From: Lingula anatina
Lineage: Eukaryota > Animalia > Brachiopoda
Assembly (NCBI GenBank): GCA_051362555.1
Contig: CM120640.1
Coordinates: 22,740,225 to 22,804,224 of the forward strand
Direction of reading: 5' to 3'
Length of the DNA stretch: 64,000 bases
The notes under the pieces: generated by a model
Database searches by the model: none
What the model was told of the DNA's origin: nothing
Seen by the model: the letters and a program-made list of their open reading frames with translations, nothing else
Shown: in pieces, positions 10,187 to 24,057 of the stretch
Layout of the letters: every line of letters starts with the position of its first letter
Numbering within the stretch: the first letter of the stretch is position 1
Translations under genes and position numbers: made by a program

Positions 10187-13100
10187 ATGAGCTCAGAAAT
10201 AGAGCCACACGTTACCAAAAAATATGAGGTGAAGAAGAGGCTAGGCAAAGGGGTAAGTGGTTTGCCTGATCCACTGGGTTAATTAAATACAGTTGGCAAT
10301 AATTCGTTTTTTCCCGTCAATCTGGGAAGACCTCGCACATCGACCACACACGCATACCACATCGACCGTCTTGCACGTCATTCATTTTTTGTAAATATGT
10401 GCTGCTTTATTTGAAATGGGTGTAGTAATAACAAGCTGTTGTTTTCAGATATGTACTGAAAGTCTCACCTAATGCAGTTGCCAATTTGAGGGCGCATTTT
10501 AATTTTGATTTTCTATTAATGAGCGTTCTAAAATGTTCGAAATTTGAGGTAAATGACTGACGTGTTGTCCAGCTGTCGTGGACTACTAACAAACAGGGCG
10601 TTGTTTACTTTTAAAGGTGGCATTGCATCTAATATAATGAGATAAAAATACATATTCAGTACTCCTGACCTGAATTAGAAATAGATAAGGGATTGTTATT
10701 TATAATATAATTAGCATACAAAAAAGGTACATTAAAATATCATTCAATCAAATACAGTATGATGGGAGGGGGTGAAATTTATATTAACCCCTGAATGACA
10801 TTTGGTATTTCTCCCCAAGGAATGAAAGAAAATAATGTGTTTCGTGTAAAACTATTATATGTATGACCCCGAAAAAGTTGTAATTCATGACCTATAAATA
10901 CACCAGTAACTGAGTACTTGCTGCTAATTGAACACCACTACCTTGTAGCCTCTTCACCACATCTACCATTAAAGTCATTTGTATTTCATACCCAGGCATA
11001 TGGTATAGTTTGGAAGGCTGTAGATAAAAGGACAGGAGAAGTGGTTGCCCTGAAGAAGATTTTTGATGCATTCCGCAATCAGACAGATGCACAGGTAGCT
11101 ATAAATGCTGTATTTATTCTTTTTTTCTTTCTCAAATCTGATGGCATTATAGATTTTATGTAAATTAATAATTAGGTCAACCAATTTAACTAAGAATCTA
11201 AGGTACACATTTCAAGGTGAACTCACATGATGACTTCATTTTCATAGAATAAAGAGGTTCATACTACCAATGTACCCATTTATTTTTCTGTATTCGTGAT
11301 TCATCTGTTTTGAATGCATTTTATATTAAAATGATGTTACTTAATTTGATGTTGGCAATTTGATTAGAAGAATTTGAATAAATATCTCTATGATATCTAT
11401 ATTAAAAGTGAATAATTTTATTTTAAGATATAAATAAAACTAAATTGTAAACATTACTTCCCTTTCAGAGAACTTTTAGGGAAATCATGTTTCTTCAAGA
11501 ATTTGGAGATCATCCAAACATTGTAAAACTTCATAATGTAATGAAAGCTGAGAATGACAAAGATATCTATCTAGTATTTGAATTCATGGGTAAGTATTTT
11601 ATGTAACTCTGTCAGAAGCTATGTGTTTTATCTATTGTGTATTTATTAGATCCTTTTTGAAAAGAGCTTGTCCTTGGCGATCTTTAGATTATGTGAGATC
11701 AATATTGTCTGATAAAAAGGGCCTGTCTCTAGAGGTTGATTATTTTTCACTCAGAATCCATGTAAACATTAAGACAATTGATTAAACATGCCCCTGTAGG
11801 CTGATTATTGATTTTATGTTGGTAGCAGAGTTCCTATGCTTATAACATGGCAATCATGTTTACATTTTGCAATTGCATATGGTCGGGATTTTTTTTCATT
11901 GTGATCTTGATGAACTAAAACAGTACTTGCCTTTTTCTATCATTTATTCTCCTTGTTTGGCTGTAATTTGTTGGAATATTGACCCAGGTTGTTACTTTGT
12001 GTACTGTTGGGAGTAGATCTAATTGTAAATATCTCCATTTTGCTTGGGAACAGTTTTATTTATGTGATTGATAACCATAGTTCTTTTCTTCTTATGTAAT
12101 GCATAAAGCATATAGCATGACTGTCTCAGGTTGCAGTCCCAAAGGAATAATTTAAGAGATTTCCTGGAAGTCAGAATTGTTTTTTTTTTTTTTTTTTTTT
12201 TCTCCCTTTATTTCCTGTAGAATTCCAATGCAGCCTGTATGTATCTTGTTTCAGACACAGACCTGCATAATGTTATCAAGAAAGGAAATATCCTAAAAGA
12301 CATTCACAAACGTTACATTATGTACCAGCTTTTAAAAGCAACCAAGTACATGCATTCTGGCAACGTCATACACAGGGACCAGAAGGTACAATTATTCTTT
12401 TAAGTTTTATATTTAAATGCTTCATATATCACTGCATGGTTTTATTGTTATTATCTTTGTTTTTAATTCAAGTTATGCATTTTTTTCTTTATTATTCAAC
12501 AGACATCTAAGAGGAAACAAGTTATTCCATTTGTCATATTTTTTTACCATCTAGATTGATACTAATTATGATATGGAATTCATCTGTTTTACCTAAATGT
12601 CTGTGTATTTTTCTTTTAAAAAATCAGTTAAGTCAATCTGTATGTTCTAGACACGTTTTTTAATTTTCTTTTTACATTCCAGCCATCAAATGTTCTTCTG
12701 GATGGGGAATGCTTTGTGAAAGTTTGTGATTTTGGTCTGTCAAGGTCACTCACCCAGTTGGAAATGGACGAAGGGACAGATCCTAATCTCACAGAATATG
12801 TAGCAACACGGTGGTACAGAGCTCCGGAGATTCTTTTAGCTTCTCATAGGTGATTTCCTTTTTTTTTCATTTTTTGAGACATTCATCTGGGTTGTGACTG
12901 GGTTGCATTTCAGTTATAATGATTGAATGGACATAAATTTTATTTTGCAATGTTTATGAATGGACATAAATTTTATTTTGCAATGTTTATAAAATAAATT
13001 ATTTGATTCATAAAATGTACTCATTATTTGACAATTAGTTCTCAGATATGTCACTAGATATTCAAAAATTATGAAAATTATATGTATCACTTCAGTATAA

Positions 13101-14669
13101 AATTACTTGTGTCATGATGATCATTCTTCCAAGGGTTTTCGAGCTATTTTATGTTTTGTGTTTTTTTTTTCAGATATACCAAAGGTGTTGATATGTGGAG
13201 CTTAGGTTGTATATTAGGGGAATTGTTATTAGGCAAACCCCTATTTCCAGGCAGTTCTACACTCAATCAGATTGAGAAAATTATGTCATCCATCACTCCT
13301 CCTTCTAAAAGTGGTAGGTTTTCAAAGCATTTTTATGACATGGCAATATTAAAATGGTTGGATTGAAAATGTTTGTCTAGTGTTTTTAACTTGTTCAGAA
13401 ATTAATGTTTCTTTTAAGAAATGTTTTGTAAGTTTTTAGGAATCACAATCATGACTATTATTCTATTTATTTTCATTTTCATGGGGAAATGGCCATTACA
13501 TAGAAAATGTTGAATTCTTGGCTTTCATTTTTTTCATTTTATAATCACTAATTCTTTTTCAGATATTGAAAGTTTAAAATCTGCATATGGTGCTTCCATC
13601 TTAGACAAAGCTGCAATAAGGTAAGAGTATTTGTCAATTCCTTCTAGAACATCTAGCATACAGTCTTTTTAATGTTTCATCTTTTTAAAATTTATTTTTA
13701 CTTGAACTTTGTAAATTGTAGCCATATTAATTGTGTTAATGAAAAGTAAAGTTTCAGTGACAGTGGATAACAATAATAGCTATGACTTGTATAAATCAAA
13801 TTGCAGTGGATATAAAAAAAACGTATTTTCATACTAACAATTTTCAATGAATAGACCCAAAAAGCCCATGGAAGACTTACTCCCAGATGCACCCAAAGAT
13901 GCAATAGACCTACTGAAGAAACTACTGCACTTCAACCCAGACAAGAGACTTACTGCTGAGGAGGCTCTGAAGCATCCTTACGTGCAGAGATTTCACAGTC
14001 CAGAAGATGAGCTGGACATTGGTCGTGATGTTGTCCCCCCACTTAGTGATGATGTGCAACTAAGTGTTGAAGAGTACAGGAATAAACTGTATGAGGTTGG
14101 TTGCTTTGGTTGATTCTGTATAGAGTGTGTCATTTTCTATATCAGTATTTTACAGTCATAGACTTTGGATGATGTTAATGTGTTTTTTTTTTTAATCTAC
14201 TGAGGCACTGCTGAGGTTGATATACCTTTTCTGACGTCTGCAAAACAAGAGATTGACTGAAATGTTTTCATATAATTTTATTTTCATTGAAGTATGTTTC
14301 CTTTTTTATAATATATAATTCCTATGATACAGTTTTTGCAAGAGAAATATGAGCACTGAATCTTATTTTCATGTCTTTATTTATCATGAAAGTCTGATAT
14401 TTGATTGTAAGCACTCCTTTTTAGATGATAATGGAAAAGAAAGCAGAGAGAAGAAAGAAAAGAAAAGAAGAAGAAGAGAGCAAGGTTCAGAAGGAGCAGG
14501 TGCCTCCCAGTGAGCCACTATCATCACAAGCCAATGGTTATCTAAGTAATGGTGCTTCTCCCAAAGTTGCAACTCCAGTGACAGTGAGACCTGCACAGCC
14601 CCAGACTACACAGCCAGCACCAGGTATGCTTTAATATTAGAAATATTCTTTTTTTAAATGAATTTGTAC

Positions 14670-14720
<51 letters not shown>

Positions 14721-15722
14721 CTGCAAATTTTCACTGTAAAGATTCAGTATAGTTGTTACCATTGATTGTTTCTATTTTTTGATGTTATTTTCAATGCTAT
14801 CTTCAGTTGTGGCATTTGGAAGAACTACCCATCCTAATCCACCCCAGTCCCAAGTTAAGAAAGCATTACCCAGACAGAGGAGCTACGAAAATGTGCATGG
14901 AGGAGAAAAGGTGAGCAGATCTATGGTTTTGGCTGAGGGTAGATGGGGATGCATCAGCAAATAAAAAAGTTTATAGATATTGATAATTATTTATTGATGT
15001 TAACTTCACCAAGTATTTGGTGACACTTTTTTTGTGGTACATGTTAGGGCTAAAGGTTGAAAGAAATCTGAAAGATTTATATTATATTCCAATTTTTCTC
15101 ACTTTTTTAATGAATGATTTGTCTTATGTGACGATCTTTATATTAATTTAATTTAATTTAACATATTCATAGCAAATCACAACTTGAATTTCAGGGTGAC
15201 TCTCCAAATGTAAAGAAGGAGAGACAGGGATCTGCCCCAGCAGCAGGAAGGCATGCCAGGACCACGTCTGCTGGGATGTTCAGGAGTAATAACCCCATTA
15301 TCACCAGAGATGACAAGACAGGACTCGCAATCTCTAGCTCAAGAATTGTAAGTAGATTTTTTCCTTACGAAATTTCATGTTTATTTTTCATTTCATTTTA
15401 CTATATACAATGAGGTTGTTTTGAATCTAATGTTGAGTTCAAATAGAAAACAACAGATTGCTTCTATTTGGAAAAATGTGTGATAAAAATTTTCATTCTT
15501 TTTTTATCAAGAAATTTTTTTTTTTCCACACAGGTTCCAGGGCAAAGGCCATCTTCGGCCAAAGAGGGGCAGCGTACCAAGCCTTCCTTTGGTAGAAAGC
15601 AGTTTGACAATGTGAGGAACAACCCATCTCATGGCCACACAAAGGCTGCCTTCGGGAGCTATACACAGAATTTTGGAACCATTTCCAACAAGGCTTTGTC
15701 AACTCTGAAGAGTAATTGGTGA
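10187..15722 (+). CDS. MAPK15: Mitogen-activated protein kinase 15 (ERK7/8), 12 exons, about 555 aa
   Basis: Exons 10187-10252, 10996-11094, 11469-11589, 12255-12385, 12683-12849, 13174-13313, 13563-13620, 13855-14095, 14425-14623, 14807-14910, 15195-15347, 15534-15722; all GT-AG and phase-consistent. Motifs [39 protein letters not shown] (the Q is typical of MAPK15), DFG and [13 protein letters not shown], followed by a long low-complexity C-terminal tail. Confidence 0.96.
12925..12990. repeat. Perfect 33-bp tandem duplication in a MAPK15 intron
   Basis: gaatggacataaattttattttgcaatgtttat occurs twice in tandem. Confidence 0.9.
14675..14719. repeat. (TTA)n microsatellite
   Basis: Visible trinucleotide run. 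Confidence 0.9.
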
Positions 15723-18700
15723 TGTCAGACTTACTGGTAACATGAAAAGGTGGAAAAAATTAATAGCATGCACTCATTTAAACAAAGTGTTTGAAGCCCT
15801 GTTGTGGTCTGTCCATGCACAGGTGTATGCTTGCCTCTACTGTACAAAGGCAATATAAAAGCTCATTTATGGTATAATACAAGCTGAGCCTATGTTGTTT
15901 GATGAGGAGTATGTTCCACACTATGCATACAGTATTATTTATCAACAAAAAAAGTCCTTCTTGAGGAATATCCTCAAAAGACAAGCCAGATTTGGACCAT
16001 TTTTCAAACTGAAATTGAGTCCTCAGTGGTGCCACATAAAAGCATCTAGCCAAGACAGTTTGTGCAAATAATGCATATTATAACGTTATAATGCAGATTA
16101 AACATTATAATGAGATACATGCTTCTATGGTGGTAGTGCACTTGCTTTTGAATAAGTGACTTAGTGACAACATTCAAATTTTATACTACAAGATCACTTT
16201 GCTGATTACTTGTGAAACAGTAGGAGATAGCACTTAGCATTAAAGATACACAGTATGTATGGTTGAATCTCATGTTCCTTAATGCAAAATTTAAATGAGG
16301 TCCATTTCCATTTTCTTTTTTTATGAAACTAGCTGTTGCAAACAATTTGTAAATAGGTAAACAAGTAAGTGGAGGTTCCTTTTGACTCAAAGATTAAAAA
16401 AAAAGTCAGATGCAAAGATTTATATATCTAGACTATTTTTGTCAATTAATTAATTAATTAATTAATTTATTTATTTATTTATTGTCAAACAGTAGTCTTT
16501 TTTTTTACATTGAATTGCCAGGTAAGGATAGTCTGTGGCAATTTGTAGCATACTGTAAATTCATGGCTCAACTGATAGAACATGTATTTTTTTTTCTCTG
16601 TATGAAAAGGTGTGCTTTTACATGGAAGACTGCAAAGTCAAATTTAGTTGTCCAGATAACTATGTGATTGATATACTCTATTTTATGTGTAAACAGTTCT
16701 ATATCTTGATTTGCTTACATTGATTTTTTAACATGTAAATGTGATTTATTCTCTTATTCATATTATGTGAGGTATCCAATATTTTATTCTTATAATTGGG
16801 TCTATAATCAACTATATCCGTCCAATTAGAATTTATCTGGTTTTTATCATGTAGGTGTAAGTGTCAAGGTCTGATTAATGATATTTGGATGTGACTAACA
16901 TTCCATTTATCTTCTTTTATTCCATCCATGCAATTTCTATGGTCAAATAAAAATCATATAATATTATTTACTTAACAGAATTCCATATGAACTATTTAAT
17001 TTTTGCCTTCATCTCATTGCATCTAAATTGTGAGAAAATATATATAATAGAATGGATGAAACTGTTTATGATGAAGTTAGTGTGGTTTTATCATGTTTAT
17101 TATATAGATATTATAATGTACAAACTGTACCTGCAACGAAGAAATAAAGTGTTTGATGATATCCCATTTGTTTTGTTGATGTGAGTCTGATAAATGAAAT
17201 AATTAGGAAAAAGGGAAGTTAATATGCCTAATTAATTGACGTAATGTTATTCGGTGAAAAAATATTTGCCTTACTGTACAATTCAAATTTTAAATTTTTT
17301 TCCCGTAGCATTAATTTACTGCGGCATTCCCAAAACGGTGACTTGTTCCTTATAACTGATAGAATCGTGGCAATTCGAAATTTGATCAAAATTAGCATTA
17401 ATGATGACAGGGATGTGATGTAAAATATTTTTGTAAAGGTATTTTTTCTGTTTCATCTTTTTATGATTATTGGTCGAACCGGGGTCAAATGTTTCACGAA
17501 CAATGCGATATGCATGTATGCCGCGTCATTTAACCCACAGGAAATAAGATGTAAGACAAAGCTGTTGATTATATTTTATTTGAAAAAAAATGGACCATAC
17601 AACAGATAACACGTAAGATGTTTTCAACATTATAAAACGTACCATTTTCATCCATAAAATATCAAGAATGCAGCCAAAACCATTCCATCTATTGATTACT
17701 TTAGGTAAAGTTTTAGAATAAGGAAATGAATATACAACTGTAAAATTCAATTCTTACAGTCGGTTACCGGATTACTGAACCCAGAACGAGGCTCTCATTT
17801 TGGACTAGGGTAAAACATTGGCTTGCGCCCATAACTCTCAATGTTAAATTGGTGAACTTTGATCGTTCATATCAAGCAGACCAGAGGACAATTACTAGTG
17901 ACAACCACTTGGTTATATTCACTAGGGTTTTTAGCGTCAGTCAATGGACCTCAGGAGGATTTTCTAGAGCTAATGGTGATTTTATCAGCGATAATACCAA
18001 CACTCCTCCATGGCCAACGGGCTGCAATTTCAGTTTACACCAGATGCATGTTGTAATAGGTATATTTTATCGTTTGTATCAAGTATATCTGTGAACAAAT
18101 ACGCGTGACAACTGTTTGTTGCTATTCACTTAAGCATTTAGCTCAGGGAAATGGCCATCAAAAGGATTTTCTAGCGTCAGTGGCGACTTTATCAACGATG
18201 GTGGTGTACTATTTTTAAAGCAATTTTTCCTACTGGAACACTATGACGTATACGCACCCAGTTCATTAATATACAGTCAGAATTCTTGTATAATAAAATC
18301 ATTATCTAAACAAAGAAAACTATTATATTCATATCGCTTTTAGAGGTCTCAGTTTGAAAGATTTGATAAGCAAGCTAGAAAAAGGGGCTTGGGTAGCACT
18401 GCTAAGTCCTGTCGTGTTCAAAGCAGGTGTCTCAAGTAATGCAATTAATGTGCTTTCAAAAAGAATTTTAATTTGTCACTGCTGTGTTTTTCATTAAAAT
18501 TTATTTTTCTACTGTTGTCTGGATTATGTTTGAAGAGACTATGAAATACTTTTTCAGCTTTTATAATTTCTGCAAAAACGTAAAAAATTTCATTAGAGGC
18601 CTGCCAAAATTATTTTTCATAAATAGATTCATCCATAATTATCCAATTAAACAAAAAGTTTTGAATGAAAGCCTCACTTAAATCTTTATAAGTTGTCAAA

Positions 18701-19988
18701 ATCTACAAATCATTTTTGACTCTGATGCTAAATGAAGTTCATGGTGTTTTTTTTTTAGAAAATAATATAAATTCATAAGGTAGTGATTTCATTTTCATTT
18801 TTAGAACATCAGACTCAATATCACAATACAAAGTACTATCTATAAAAATCTGAATTGAATGCATATTTAACCGTCATAAATCACTTTGAATTCTTAAACA
18901 AAATGCAAAATGAAAGATACAATAAACTTGTTGACTTTAAATTTACATTTTATTTCTATCTATAAGGTATGTAAGAAAGGGGTTATAAAATTCCTTGACA
19001 TATGCTGTAAAGTTGCATTCTGAATTAACATTTGTACGGTAAAAATGAATTAGAATTTCTATGATATACAACACTTAAGCAAATATAACAGTAGTGTCCA
19101 ATCCATAACAATAATTTGATTGCTGAGTGTTTTTTCTAATTGCATGGGTTAATAGATTTTACTCAGCAAACAGCTCCACCCGCTTGTTTCTTCCAGTTCA
19201 TATACTGGAGTATGTGCATTGATAGCCTTTCTTGCGTTCTATCCTCTTGATGAAAGTGTGCAACATCACAAAGAAAAAGTATTACTTATCTGTTCCAATA
19301 GCACATTATTGCCATTTACACACTTCATAGTACAATAATTAAATGATTTATTTAGTATGTAAAATTTTTATTCTGTCCATGATCTCAATTCTGTCTGCAG
19401 CAACATGGGTATTAAAAATTACTAGAAAAATTTGTTCATATTCTCAAAATGGCAACATGCCTCATGTACTTTCAGTAATAAAATCAGACTAGTAAATTGT
19501 CATTAGAGCTTTCTTTCAGCTCCCCTTTTCAAAGACAAATACAATGACCACACCTGTGAAGATCATATCTGTTTTAGTTCTATTTGCTACAATGACACCA
19601 ACTGATAAGATCACTTTCTTCCAATTAAACCACCTCAAAGGGCTCTATGATTGTTTGAGGATCCAGGTAAGTTCTGTTCAATCGCTGTCAGTAGACAGAT
19701 TCATCCGATAACAAAGCCATTGGAACTTCTTACCTGAAAAACAATCAGAACTGTAACTGCAGCTCATATAATTACAGTGTAAGAGAGGTGCATTTCAATC
19801 GCTGATAAAATCGGCATCAATGCTAGAAAAGGTCCTATATGGCCATTTCCTGACACTAAATACCTATGTTGATATAATTAAACAGTTGTCAAGTTTAATT
19901 ATCTACCGGTGTGAGAGATACAGACGATCAAAGTTGATCATTTTAACATGGGGAGTAATGGAGCTTACAGATTGTTTTACCCTAGTCC

Positions 19989-20030
19989 GGGCGTGGCGGC
20001 CATTTTGTGACGTCATGCCGACTGTAAGAA
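19989..20030. promoter_or_regulatory. Promoter-like motif cluster (GC box, YY1-like site, perfect CRE)
   Basis: gggcgtgg, CGGCCATTTT and TGACGTCA (20008-20015) lie within 30 bp in an otherwise AT-rich region. Confidence 0.45.
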
Positions 20031-20049
20031 TCACCTCACATGTGTTTTG

Positions 20050-21471
20050 CCATCCTCTACTCCAGTTCGACAACAATATGATGTGAGTTCAATATATCCA
20101 CCACTTTAGACGAGTTCTGTGGTCAAGAAAAATGTATTTCCAACCAAGGGAACTGGAGTCCAAGGAGATCTCGTGTGACGTAATAACACTCAGCGTTGGC
20201 TGTTGTGACGAATGTTAGGACACTTCATTATGATGCGATGACGACGAACGACCAATCAGAGATAAAAGATGGCCCAGCAACTGCATCCCATAGTACCGCG
20301 CCATTTTCAAGAAATAAGGTTAAGTGAAGGAGAGCGAGGAAAATGGGATTGTAACGTAACTTTTTCTACCTGAATTTATTTCTGTTATTTTTTCTTTATA
20401 GAATACTAAAAGGGGATTTTTTAATATATTTAGGACTGGATTCGCTTTGTCCTGGTAGTTAGCAAACATCTTTTTTTTTTCGGGTGGGGGAGGGGGTTAA
20501 TATTTCACGATAATTTTGGTTTAGGAATTTTTGGTTTTGGTTTATTATAAAGAAACTTGATTTTGAGGTCTTATATAATACTGTATCAGCATTTGTGATA
20601 GCCCAAAACGTCAATACGGTGTTTGGATCAATGCGATTTTTATATTGGGCTGTGCAATGACCACGAAGACTATTTTTTGTTTTGTTTCATCTTAATAATT
20701 TTGATTATTGATCTAACCGGGTTCAAATCTGTATTTCACGAACAATACACTGTGCATATCCTGTGTGATTTCACCATAGGCCTAAAGGAAAGGTTGTAAG
20801 ACAAAATCGTTGAGGATATCTTAGTAATTTGAAACAAATTGACCTTCCAACAGATAACAAGTACACGTACGGTGTGATCAACATTATAAAACCTACTGTT
20901 CTCACCAATAAAAAATCAAGAATGCAAACGCAACCATATCATCTCTTGATTACTTAAGATATTGTTTTAGAAAAAGGAAATGAATATAAAAACCAATCTA
21001 CTCACGACCTTACCATCCTCTACTTCAGTTCGACAATAATACATATATGATGCGATAGAAGACCAATATGCTTATCCACCACTTTAGTTTCACAGAGTTT
21101 TGTAGTAAAAAAAAAAGGGTTGTATTTCCAACCAAGGAAACTGGATTCCAAGGAGATCTCGTGAGACGTAATAATCAATCGACGTCGGCTGGTGTGACGA
21201 AACCTAGCTCTGACGACACTTCATTTATGACGATGACGATAAACGAACAATCATAAAAACATTGCCTAGCAACTGCATCCCATAGTGCCGCGCCATTTTC
21301 AAGAAATGAGGTAAGTGAAGGAAAGCGACGAAAATAAGATTTTGACGTGTTATTTTTGATCCACAACAGAATAATAAAATCGGCCATCTGAATATACTTA
21401 GGGCAAGATTTGCTTTGTAGTTATCAAACACCAATTTTTGGAGGGGGCGAAGGGGGAGATTTTTATTATGT

Positions 21472-21506
<35 letters not shown>

Positions 21507-21640
21507 AGGAAACTTGATTTTGAGGTTGCAAATGAAACTCCATTATATCAGCATTTTTGTTGTTAGACTGAAACGGCTATACGGTGTCTGAAGTAAAACG
21601 ATTTTTTAAATAGGACTGTGAATAACATGACGACTTCAAA
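20050..21640 (+). repeat. Diverged tandem duplication with a period of about 960 bp
   Basis: ccatcctctac..tatccaccacttt..tgtatttccaaccaagg..caaggagatctcgtg..gcaactgcatcccatagt.ccgcgccattttcaagaaat starts at both 20050 and 21013. Segment 20700-20990 also matches 17465-17735. Confidence 0.8.
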
Positions 21641-23487
21641 GAAGTTAGTTTTTTTAAAAATCTGCATATGTAAATTCGTTTATTTTAAGAAAACAATTGT
21701 CTCATATTTTAAGACATAAACAAAAGGAGTGGGTTTGACCATTAACGCCTATGTATGATCATGTATGATGGGTTCAAGCTTATTCACAGCACCACCAATA
21801 AGTTTTACTGACCCGCGGCAAGTAAAAAATGGAAACCAGGGAGGTAGCGAAAACGTAACAATCGGTCAACATCACCCGTGAAAGCTTGCATTGATAACAC
21901 TACATTGTGTTGTCTCTTATCCATTTACAACAAACTAACAACTCCATCAGAGTGCCTCTTCACATTCTTTTGCATTTTTGTAAAATAAAGTTCCAAAGTG
22001 TAACTCTTTTTTTGTCTGTTTATTTGTCTCATGTATGGAAATAAGAGCTTTACTAGGCCTGAAAGACGTATCGGATGACGAAAGCACCATAAATAAAATC
22101 TTCAATAAAAGTTACATTTGCATTATTGTAATGATTAAAACGTGTGGCAAGATATCGTCGTAAACATGTGCTTCATATGTACGTAAAGCTACATCTCTTC
22201 TATATCTTTCGTCTGTTTCCCTCTCCGTCTCTCCGCCTCTCTCTCTCATTCTTTTGTTTGCCTTATTTGAGGGCAATCATACCATCAAATATGTACATGG
22301 CCTCACTCGTATGCTATGTACACATTGTTTGCAAGATACCTGCTCTTCACAATTAGCTAGATGGAACTGTTCTACGATACCTGGCTTAAAATCACTGGCA
22401 TATTTCTTTGTGTACATGCACACCCTGGCCATCAGGGTTAGCATGCAAAAGATCCCCATCTGCATCGGTATTCAGCATAAAATCCTAAGACCCTGGTACT
22501 CAGGCTACAAATACGGTGACTAACGGAGCAACGCAGTAAATGTGCAATATATTGGGGATTGCGTAGGCAGTGGCTATTCTATAATAATAATAATAATAAT
22601 AATAAATTTTACCACATTAAGTAAGTCTTCTTAACTTTTGTTTAAAATCATTTAAGAAAATCTTGAGGCTATTGACTACTTTAAATTCAGGTAAAATGTT
22701 TGATGTTGCATGTTATAGAAATTAAATTAGAAAAATACGTCTGTTCACATATCAAATTCTGTTAACTCAAATTTGACTAATGAAAAAAATAATTCCATTC
22801 TTGTGGAAAAAAATGCTTTTGATTTTAAGTTTTAAATGTTTTGAATCGTTGCTGCAGCTTCTATTGAATAAACTTAACGACATGGGCCAGGTTATATTAA
22901 TAAGTATTTGATGATGATGATGATGATGTCTTTCTATGAGTCATGAATTACTTTTCTCTCCCTCATTTTAGCCCACTTGCCACAAAAGTTATCGTAGTGT
23001 TTCCAAATACACTAAAATGAGCACTTCACAGAAGATCACACTGAAAGGAGACTATAGAGTACCACTCGAAACTCACCATGTATAAAGAATTTGAAGTATT
23101 ACTCTTACATAGTACAAATGTCATAATTCCAGTTTGATAAGTTGTATGTATGTATATATGTTTACATGTGCTACAGTTATTTGGAAAACAACTATATGCA
23201 TAGAAACTTTTGGGGACTTATGTAGGGGATCTCTATCAATACGAGGGAAAGGGCAAAATTGTATTCTGATTTTTACCTTTTTACTCATATTTTCAGGAAG
23301 CCCTCTTCAGTAAAAAAAGTCTAGAGATGTTCGTGTGAAGAAGGTGTGTAGCAATTAATCGTGGTATGTTTTAAAACTGAAATATTTTAATATCAAAATG
23401 GGTATATTTGATGTGATTTAATTTTAAGAGTGTAACAAGTTTAGCAGTAAACACACAAACACACACATACAGTACACTCGCAAACGC

Positions 23488-23553
<66 letters not shown>
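23488..23553. repeat. Compound (CA)n(GA)n microsatellite
   Basis: Visible dinucleotide runs. Confidence 0.9.
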
Positions 23554-23555
<2 letters not shown>

Positions 23556-24057
23556 AAATATGACTAATCAACTTCCTGTCATAAAGGTTGGTATGTCTTA
23601 TCTTCCACTGCGTCAAATTGGAGGGGGCTCAAGTGATTTGCCGATGATCATAATGATAATTAGCGATGAAGAATGTCGATGAGCTCTCGTGTAAATAATA
23701 GACCAATTATTCGGCTATGTAATACTGTGAAATGTGTATTGCAATTTAGTATAGTAAGTGACACTGGACAGTACGAACTTAAACCATTCATCATTTGTAG
23801 GCCTACAGGTAGGTAAGAAATAGCTATGGTAAACTCGTTTTGCAGATGGGTTAACTTAATCTTTAAGTTGACTTGGTGTTAGATTCGGTGCCTCTATAGC
23901 TTTTAGTAGACGAATATCCGCACCATTGCAAACTGTTCGTTATTTAAGCGAACATGATTGCACATTATATTTGTATTATGATGATATACTGTATCTTTAC
24001 ATTCCTTCATTGTTTAATTTATTTCAGTATAAAACCGATACAAGAACAGCATTGACA

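Noticed and set aside
19100-19733. Minus-strand exon-like stretch (MALLSDESVY*..., and a CGHCIC RING-like string in another frame)
   Set aside because: Stop codons occur about as often as expected in AT-rich non-coding DNA and no family motif set is complete.
22055-22110. Hammerhead-ribozyme-like ctgaaagacgtatcggatgacgaaagc followed by AATAAA, reminiscent of a Penelope element end
   Set aside because: The core is CTGAAAGA rather than CTGANGA, stem II is only about 2 bp, and I could not identify stems I and III or a convincing RT/GIY-YIG remnant.
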